A DNA stretch of 64,000 nt from assembly GCA_963801545.1 (NCBI GenBank), contig CAWDFF010000042.1:79964-143963 (forward strand), read 5' to 3'. A model generated the notes under the pieces. It was not told the DNA's origin, did not search any database, and was given only the letters and a program-made list of their open reading frames with translations. This DNA is from Terriglobia bacterium. Lineage in GTDB: Bacteria; Acidobacteriota; Terriglobia; Terriglobales; Acidobacteriaceae. The stretch's first letter is position 1. Each line of letters begins with the position of its first letter. Shown here one piece after another: positions 57,861 through 64,000 of the stretch. The position numbers were made by a program, and so were the translations under genes.

Positions 57861-57889
57861 AGTGTAACGATACGCTTTACGATAGTCAA
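57861..57889 (-). promoter_or_regulatory. candidate higBA promoter TTGACT-N17-TACACT
   Basis: The minus strand reads cTTGACTatcgtaaagcgtatcgtTACACTatacgtaGTG. The -10 lies only 7 nt from the start codon, so the mRNA may be leaderless. TATCGT direct repeats sit in the spacer. Confidence 0.5.
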
Positions 57890-58093
57890 GAGCCATTCGC
57901 CGCGAGTCGGCCACATTCTTCGAGGTCGAAGAGGTTGCGCGTGGCCTAGATTGGAGAGCAGAAAGCAGACCCGGCCAGGGACACAGACGGAATCACCACC
58001 ATTGGAGGGCACTACTTCGGTCGCGCCTTTTGTTTTCTGTGACGTAGCAGCACGACAGATAAATACGCCTGTGGACAAAGCGGAAGAAGATTT

Positions 58094-58122
58094 ATCCGTG
58101 TTCATCCGCGTAAATCCGTGGC
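58094..58122. repeat. right half of a GCCACGGAT-type element
   Basis: ATCCGTGTTCATCCGCGTAAATCCGTGGC closely matches the right arm of copy 3 (ATCCGTGTGAACCCGTGCAAATCCGTGGC). Confidence 0.75.
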
Positions 58123-58588
58123 CCGAATTTCCTCCGCGTTTTCCTTGCCTTTCCACAAGGAAGTTCTTTCCTCCACAGTTTTCGCACAACTCAACTCAAG
58201 TTTTCCATTGCGGTTGATTCGGGGTTCACGCAAAGTGTTCACAGTGCAAGCGTGAGATGCATTGAGCCTGCTGGCGACTGCAGCAGAGCTGGCGGTAACC
58301 GGCGGTTCTCGAGGGTGAACCGGCGGGAGGGTTTTCAAGAGTGCGCTTCGGCGCTTTTCAGGAAAACTCGGGCGATGCGGCCTCCTCAGAAGAGTCCTTC
58401 CTAAACAGCAGGACTTCAGCCGTCCGCTTACGCAGTCACTGCGGGTCACGATCTGCGAATCTCGTATTTGCGGATTGATCGCCTGCAGCGTGTGCAGAGA
58501 ACGTGCGTTCCTTTGGGAATGCGGTTTTTGCGCACACACCTCGCCGCCTGGTGTGGCGAAACGACAGGCACAGCGCTCACGAGCAATG

Positions 58589-58624
58589 CGGCCCAGGTGG
58601 CTGGCCTGGGCCGTATTTATTTTT
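58589..58624 (+). terminator. orphan intrinsic terminator upstream of dnaB
   Basis: CGGCCCAGG-TGGCTGG-CCTGGGCCG (9 perfect bp) followed by TATTTATTTTT. No annotated plus-strand gene ends here. Confidence 0.6.
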
Positions 58625-58716
58625 GGATGCTCTGGTTTCCGCGCGGTCCAGCTGGAGTGGGCGGGACGCCCACCCGACAGCCGGCGGGACGCCGGCGCTA
58701 CGTTGCAGCGTTTCTC

Positions 58717-58744
58717 TTGAGTTTCGCTTTTTATTCACTATAAT
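58717..58744 (+). promoter_or_regulatory. candidate dnaB promoter TTGAGT-N16-TATAAT
   Basis: TATAAT at 58739-58744, 14 nt before the proposed TTG start. Confidence 0.4.
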
Positions 58745-58757
58745 ATTTTCCATTCCC

Positions 58758-60125
58758 TTGGCTACTACTGACTACAGTCTCGCGCACAGCCTTCCGGCGA
58801 ATGTGGAAGCCGAACGCTCCATTCTCGGCGCCATCCTGCTGGACAATTTTTCCTACAATCAGGCTGCTGAACATCTCAAGCCGGAAGACTTCTCTCTCGA
58901 CTCTCACCGCCGAATTTATTCGCGCATGATGGACCTGGCCGAGTCCTCCCGGCCGATCGACATGATCACGCTGGTCGAAGAACTCGACCGGCGCAAGGAG
59001 CTCGAAGCGATCGGCGATGTGGGCTACATCTCCGGCCTGCTGGATGGCGTCCCCGACCGGCCCAGCATCGAGCACTACATCAAAATTGTCCGCGACAAAG
59101 CGCTGTTGCGCGGCCTGATTCACGCTGCTAATTCCGCCATCGCGCGCGCCTCCGACCAGAGCGACCCCGCCGAAGAAGTGCTCAACGACGCCGAAGCTGC
59201 CATCATGCAGCTCTCCGAGAAGCGCATCGGCCGTGGCTTCATGGGTGTGCAGGAGATCGTCAAGGAGTCGTTCGGATCAGTGGACGCGCTGCTGCAGCGC
59301 GGCCAGCGCATTACCGGACTGGCCACGCATTACCCCGATCTAGACGAGATGACCAGCGGGCTGCAGCGCTCCGACCTCATCATCATCGCCGCCCGGCCTT
59401 CCATGGGAAAAACCGCCTTCGCCATGAACATCGCGGAAAATGCGTCCATCGAGGACCAGAAGGTGGTCGGCATGTTCTCCCTGGAAATGTCCCGCGAGGC
59501 CCTGCTGCTTCGCCTGCTCTGTTCCAAGGCCGGCGTGGACTCGCACAAGATGCGTACCGGTTCGCTATGGCGGGATGACATGGACAAAGTGGTTCATGCC
59601 ATGGAGCAACTGGCGCACGCGCCGATTTTCATCGATGACACTCCGGGCATCAGCCTCAGCGAAATGCGCGCCAAGGCGCGGCGTCTGCAGCAGTCGCAAA
59701 GCAGGCTCGACCTGATCATCGTGGACTACCTGCAACTGATGTCAGGGGGCGGCAGGCGGTACGAAAACCGCACCCAGGAAGTGTCCGCCATCTCCCGCGG
59801 GCTGAAGGGACTGGCCAAGGAACTCAAGGTACCAGTGATTGCCCTGTCCCAGTTAAGCCGCGCCCCGGAGAGCCGTGGTGGCGACCACCGTCCGCAACTC
59901 GCCGACCTGCGCGAATCGGGATCTATCGAGCAGGACGCCGACGTGGTGGCCTTCATCTTCCGCGAGGAAGTCTACAAGCCCGACGAGCCCGAACTGGATG
60001 GGCGCGCCGAACTCATCATCGCCAAGCAGCGTAACGGCCCCACCGGCAAGGTCAAGCTGGCTTTCGTCAAGCGATCAACGCGGTTCGAGTCGTTGGCTCA
60101 GGACGGCTTGGGGCCGCCGGAATAG
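58758..60125 (+). CDS. dnaB: replicative DNA helicase DnaB
   Basis: Homology begins at LPANVEAERSILGAILLD. Walker A is ARPSMGKTAFAMN, with further motifs LIIVDYLQLM, SQLSRAPE and IIAKQRNGPTG. The TTG at 58758 gives 455 aa. The track start at 58503 runs through non-coding sequence. Confidence 0.9.
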   Translation: MATTDYSLAHSLPANVEAERSILGAILLDNFSYNQAAEHLKPEDFSLDSHRRIYSRMMDLAESSRPIDMITLVEELDRRKELEAIGDVGYISGLLDGVPDRPSIEHYIKIVRDKALLRGLIHAANSAIARASDQSDPAEEVLNDAEAAIMQLSEKRIGRGFMGVQEIVKESFGSVDALLQRGQRITGLATHYPDLDEMTSGLQRSDLIIIAARPSMGKTAFAMNIAENASIEDQKVVGMFSLEMSREALLLRLLCSKAGVDSHKMRTGSLWRDDMDKVVHAMEQLAHAPIFIDDTPGISLSEMRAKARRLQQSQSRLDLIIVDYLQLMSGGGRRYENRTQEVSAISRGLKGLAKELKVPVIALSQLSRAPESRGGDHRPQLADLRESGSIEQDADVVAFIFREEVYKPDEPELDGRAELIIAKQRNGPTGKVKLAFVKRSTRFESLAQDGLGPPE

Positions 60126-60401
60126 GCGATTTCCCCCCTCATTTTCTGACTACAACTCTGTTACCACATTCTGTGGAAAGCTTGTGGAACGGCGGGCTCT
60201 GCGCCTTCAGCCGTCCGCCGTCGGCCGCCAATTAGATTTCTCCATAAACGGCGGCGCTCCCGTAACCCGTATGAATGCCGATATTTAGTCACAAATCTGG
60301 TTGGAGTTTCGGACCTGGCCAAGTTTCGCCAAAACACGTACAACGTTTGGGATTTGCACATCTGGAAGGACAGTGCCCTTATGTTTTCCGGCATTTGCCC
60401 C

Positions 60402-60446
60402 AAAAAAACGAAAGCGCCCAAGACCCAGGTTTGAGTCTTGCGCGCC
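60402..60446 (-). terminator. intrinsic terminator on minus strand
   Basis: The minus strand reads GCGCGCAAGAC-TCAAACCTGG-GTCTTGGGCGC followed by TTTCGTTTTTTT. It lies about 460 nt downstream of the Mo-hydroxylase gene stop. Confidence 0.5.
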
Positions 60447-60907
60447 CGTCGAACAGCCCTCCCCCAGAACTGCTCAAACACAGATTAGATTCCGGGCGGG
60501 TCAACGTAAATGGCCCTGTCGTGCCAGCGGACAGCACCACCGGGCTATGCAGACTATTCAGTGACGGGCGGTTCGGGAAGGAGACTCTAGGACTCGGAAA
60601 TCAGGATAGAAAACGTGCGCATGCGGCGTGAAATAGCTGGGGCCCCGCATCTCCCAGCTTCTTTCATGCGGAGCCCCAGAGAACCACTGGAAGCATTTTG
60701 TCACTGTAAGAAATGTCGCTTGGAAAAAGAGACTTTTGGTCGGTTTACCGACGCGGGCTTGGGTTCTGGCTAAAGGTCAAGCCCTCACCTACCCCAGCCG
60801 GGCAAAGCGGGGCGTCTTTCTCGGCCGGCACCAGCACTGGCGAGCTTCGCTCGCTCGCCCGGACGAGGACGTCCGGGCCTACGTGGTTCGTGGTGGGGAC
60901 TGGCCCG

Positions 60908-63170
60908 TTATGCGCTTTTCGAAAGCGGCAATTCGCGAATCCGTTTTCCTGTCGCCGCAAAAATTGCGTTGCAGACCGCGGGCGCAAACGGCGGCACGCC
61001 CGGCTCACCCACTCCCGCCGGAGGGGCGTCGCTCTCCACAATGTAGACATTCGTCTTGTAGGGAGCGTCGTTCATTCGGGCCACCGGATAATTGTCGAAA
61101 TTTGACTGTTCGATCACTCCGTCCTTGGCCGTAATTCTCCCGCTCCGCAAAATGCTGGTCCCGAAGACGGCCGCACCCTCAAACTGAGATCTCGTGGCCT
61201 CGGGATTCACCACCAAGCCTGCGTCCACGGCGGTGTATACCGCCGGAATCTTTACCTCACCCTTGTCGTCCACCTCGACTTCGACCACCGTGGCCACGTA
61301 GGTCAAGAAACTCCGATGCACAGCGATACCCATTCCTGATCCCTTACCCAGCTTGCGTTTTCCCCAACCCGATTTTTCCGCCGCCAGTTCAACCACCCGG
61401 CGCATGCGGGCCGTGTCCAGTGGATAGGCTTGAGGCGATGCACCGTAATTCTCGTATTTTGGCGCGGTGGCCTTCACGTCCACGATCCGCGGGGGCCCGA
61501 TCAGTTCCAGCAAATAATCCACAGAATCCCGACCTGCGGTATGCGCCAGTTCGTCGGCAAAAGACTGCGCGGCGAAGCCGTGATAAATATTCGCCACCGA
61601 GCGGAACCATCCGATGCGTACATGGTTCACTGCCGGCCCGTTCTCGGCGCGATGATTGGGAATGTCGAAAGGCAGATCGGTCCATCCGAGTCCCAGTTCA
61701 CCGTCACTGCCGTATGTGTCATTCAGGGCGAAGGTCGACCCGATGGACGGAAACACCGAGCGCTGCAGCCACGCCGTGGGCTTCCCTTTATCATCCAACG
61801 CTGCCTTCATGTACATGGCCGCCACGGAGTGGTAGTAGCCGAACTTGATGTCGTCTTCCCGGCTCCATACCACCTTCACCGGCCGTCCCACTGCCTTCGA
61901 CAGGATGGCTGCCTCGGCCGCGTAGTCCGGTTTCGACTTGCGCCCAAAGCCGCCCCCCAGCAGGGGCACGTGGCAAATCACGTTTTCTTTGGGAATGCCC
62001 AGTTCTCCAGCGACGGTCTCCTGCACCGCCTGCGGATTCTGCGTAGGAACCCAGACGTGTGACCTTTCCGTCCCGGTAATCGGCCAGAGCGACGGGCGGC
62101 TCCATGGTGGCATGCGCCTGATGCGGGACGTAGTAATCCGCCTCCACGATCTTTCCGCCCTTCGCAAACGCGGCATCGACATCGCCGATGTTCCGCGCCA
62201 CCTTGCCTGGCTTGCGAGCTGTCTCCTGTAACTCTTTCTTGTACGCGTCCGAGTTGTAGCTGGCGTTAGCGCCGTTGTCCCATGACACATTCAGCTTCTT
62301 GCGTCCCTGAAATGCGGCCCAGGTATTGTCGGCAATCACTGCCACCCCGCCGAGCGGCTGGAAATGATGCGGCGGGGTAAAAGGCTTGATGGGAATCGTC
62401 TGTTTCACTCCCTTCACTTGCAGCGGGGCTTTTTCGTCATACGACTTGACCTTGCCGCCCAGCACGGGAGGATGTTCGATCGAAGCGTAGACCATGCCGT
62501 CGAGGCGGGCGTCCATGCCGTAACCGGCTTTGCCGGTGCAGATATCCGCCAGGTCGTAGCTGGAAGTTCCTTTGCCGACGTATCGCCACGCGCTCTTCGG
62601 CTTGAATTGCAGTTCTTCTTTTTTGGGAACCGGCAACGCGGCAGCAGCAGCGGCCAACTCTCCGTAGCCGGCTTTGCGATTGCTCGCCCTGTGAACGATC
62701 ACATGAAGATCGGATTGACACTCCGACGCCGGAACTCCCCACTGCTGGGCCGCAGCCCGGATCAACATCAGCCGAGCCGTGGCTCCGGCCTCCCGCATCG
62801 TGTCATAAAAACCGCGCACGGAATGCGATCCGTCAGTGTCCTGACTGCCGTAGCGCGGATCGCCGATCGCCTGTTCCAGTTTCACCCGCTTCCAGTCCGC
62901 GTCCAGTTCATCGGCGAGAATGAGCGGGACCGAAGTGCGGCTGCTGGTGCCCATCTCGGACCGGTGCGCTACAAGATGTACGGTTCCGTCGGTGTCGATT
63001 CCAACAAACACGCTGGGGTGCAGGACGGCGCGATCCGCGTGACTCGCGGGCAGGGTCTCGTCTGCCCACAAGGATTCCGGAACCAGGCGCACACTCAGGA
63101 TCAGGGCGCCGGTGGAAACTATCCCCTGCAGAAAACCGCGACGGCTGACGTTCAGGATGTTGTCGCTCAT
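60908..63170 (-). pseudogene. molybdopterin-binding large subunit of xanthine dehydrogenase/aldehyde oxidase family (IorB-like), frameshifted
   Basis: 61791..63170 carries the TAT signal SRRGFLQG and the N-terminal part up to ...ADYRDGKVT. 60908..62290 carries VWVPTQNPQAVQETVAGELGIP... through to the C-terminus. The coding strand reads AAG GTC ACA C GTC TGG, with one extra base near 62057. Confidence 0.8.
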
Positions 63171-63622
63171 ACGCTCTCTCCCGCGGCCGCCTTGATCGCC
63201 GCCCGAATTCGCTGGTAGGTGCCGCAGCGGCAGATGTTCCCCGACATGCTGTTCTCGATGTCAGCGTCGCTGGGCCTGGGTTTTTCCTTCAGCAGGGAGA
63301 TGGCCTGCATGATCTGTCCCGCCTGGCAGTAGCCGCATTGCGGCACGTTGAACTCGATCCACTTCTGCTGCACCGGATGCAGCCCGTTTTTGGAAATCGC
63401 CTCGATCGTGATGATTTCCTTTCCGGCTGCCGCGCTCATGCGTGTGGTGCACGAGCGGATCGCTCTTCCGTCCTGGTGCACGGTGCAGGTTCCACATAGC
63501 GCCATGCCGCAGCCAAATTTGGTTCCGGTCAGACCCAGAACATCCCGCAGATACCACAGCAGCGGCAGGTCGGGATCGCCATCGAAGGAACGTTCCACTC
63601 CATTCACTTTGAGCTGGATCAT
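63167..63622 (-). CDS. (2Fe-2S)-binding small subunit of the Mo-hydroxylase (IorA-like)
   Basis: [11 protein letters not shown] and [10 protein letters not shown]...CRCGTY cluster motifs. The start is MIQLKVNG (ATG rc at 63620-63622). There is a 4-nt overlap with the large-subunit start. Confidence 0.9.
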   Translation of the reverse strand: MIQLKVNGVERSFDGDPDLPLLWYLRDVLGLTGTKFGCGMALCGTCTVHQDGRAIRSCTTRMSAAAGKEIITIEAISKNGLHPVQQKWIEFNVPQCGYCQAGQIMQAISLLKEKPRPSDADIENSMSGNICRCGTYQRIRAAIKAAAGESV

Positions 63623-63799
63623 GTTTGTCCCTCGCACTTGGTTATTCCGCAATATTCTTCCAGAGACAGTGCCGCGTGTCCAATGGTTCCGAACCCGAAG
63701 CGTCCGGGCGCAGGCGATTGCCGCATGGAACGGGTGTACAATTGCCGCCGTTTCAGCGTCAGGACATGAAGGTGGAGCAGTGTCCTAATTTGCAGATTT

Positions 63800-63865
63800 C
63801 TTTGCGTCCTTTGCGCCCTTTGCGGTTAAAGATTTTGACCGCAAAGTTCGCAAAGAGCGCAAAGG
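63800..63865. repeat. 9-mer-repeat palindromic element (CTTTGCGTC CTTTGCGCC CTTTGCGG ... CCGCAAAG TTCGCAAAG AGCGCAAAGG)
   Basis: Complementary arms at 63800-63826 and 63838-63865. The period is 9, not 7. Confidence 0.75.
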
Positions 63866-63928
63866 AAAGCGTTCACCACGACAATCAGGGAGTCGCGGCC
63901 AATTCCAAAGGGACAACAGGCCTTAGCC

Positions 63929-64000
63929 ATGGACAAGCGAACCTTTATAAAACTTCTCTCGGCGCTGCTTGCCAGCCCCGTCATATCGCCGCTGCTTGCC
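63929..64000 (+). CDS. start of an unidentified ORF (runs off window end)
   Basis: My own reading gives ATG at 63929 and MDKRTFIKLLSALLASPVISPLLA..., which is signal-peptide-like. Only 24 codons are visible. Confidence 0.3.
   Translation, partial: MDKRTFIKLLSALLASPVISPLLA

Noticed and set aside
58090-58122. DnaA-box-like TTATCCGTG near dnaB (possible oriC)
   Set aside because: The motif is part of the right arm of the GCCACGGAT repeat family, which occurs throughout the window. There is no cluster of independent boxes, no AT-rich unwinding region and no dnaA nearby.
57854-58189. N-terminal 112-codon extension of the higB ORF (204-aa track ORF)
   Set aside because: HigB homology starts at (V)IQSFRHRGL, giving the canonical ~92 aa. 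The extension is low-complexity, contains the repeat half, and overlaps the predicted promoter.
57890-58757. RNase P RNA, tmRNA, SRP RNA or 6S RNA in the long spacers flanking dnaB
   Set aside because: I could not find the conserved cores I remember (for example GAGGAAAGTCC, a tmRNA tag-reading frame with a tRNA-like end, or the SRP GGAA/AGCA motif). These regions are left as unassigned candidate ncRNA regions rather than called.

Overview
GC-rich bacterial chromosomal segment. Composition was not computed. The gene content, the outer-membrane receptor and PD40-kinase types, and the repeat families look Acidobacteriota-like, but this is inference. Most of the window is core housekeeping: frr-pyrH-tsf-rpsB, rpsI-rplM, mltG-ruvX, carD, greA, a lpdA-lipB-E1alpha-E1beta-(DUF2007)-(cytochrome c)-E2 2-oxoacid dehydrogenase cluster, hemB, mutS2, dnaG-rpoD and dnaB. 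Envelope and accessory genes include a giant TonB-dependent-type OM receptor, an M3 peptidase, a Ser/Thr kinase-PD40 fusion, an MltD-like LysM transglycosylase, HdeD, an H1-like basic protein and a Mo-hydroxylase pair. I saw no rRNA, tRNA or CRISPR. Five things are unusual. (1) Almost every intergenic gap holds period-7 tandem repeats arranged as complementary arms, plus several palindromic MITE-like families. (2) Three small selfish cassettes (a GIY-YIG nuclease, higBA, and a four-helix-bundle/23S-IVS-type gene) sit inside such palindromic elements, and the GIY-YIG one looks like an autonomous copy of the MITE family. (3) The same repeats are inserted in frame into dnaG, mutS2 and lipB. (4) Four minus-strand genes (tsf, mltG, a DUF4397 gene, and the Mo-hydroxylase large subunit) carry single-base frameshifts. 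(5) A 7-kb island (32.3-39.2 kb) encodes a LexA/CI-type repressor, small translationally coupled regulators, a dual-specificity phosphatase and a secreted 1150-aa tail-fibre/tailspike-like protein.
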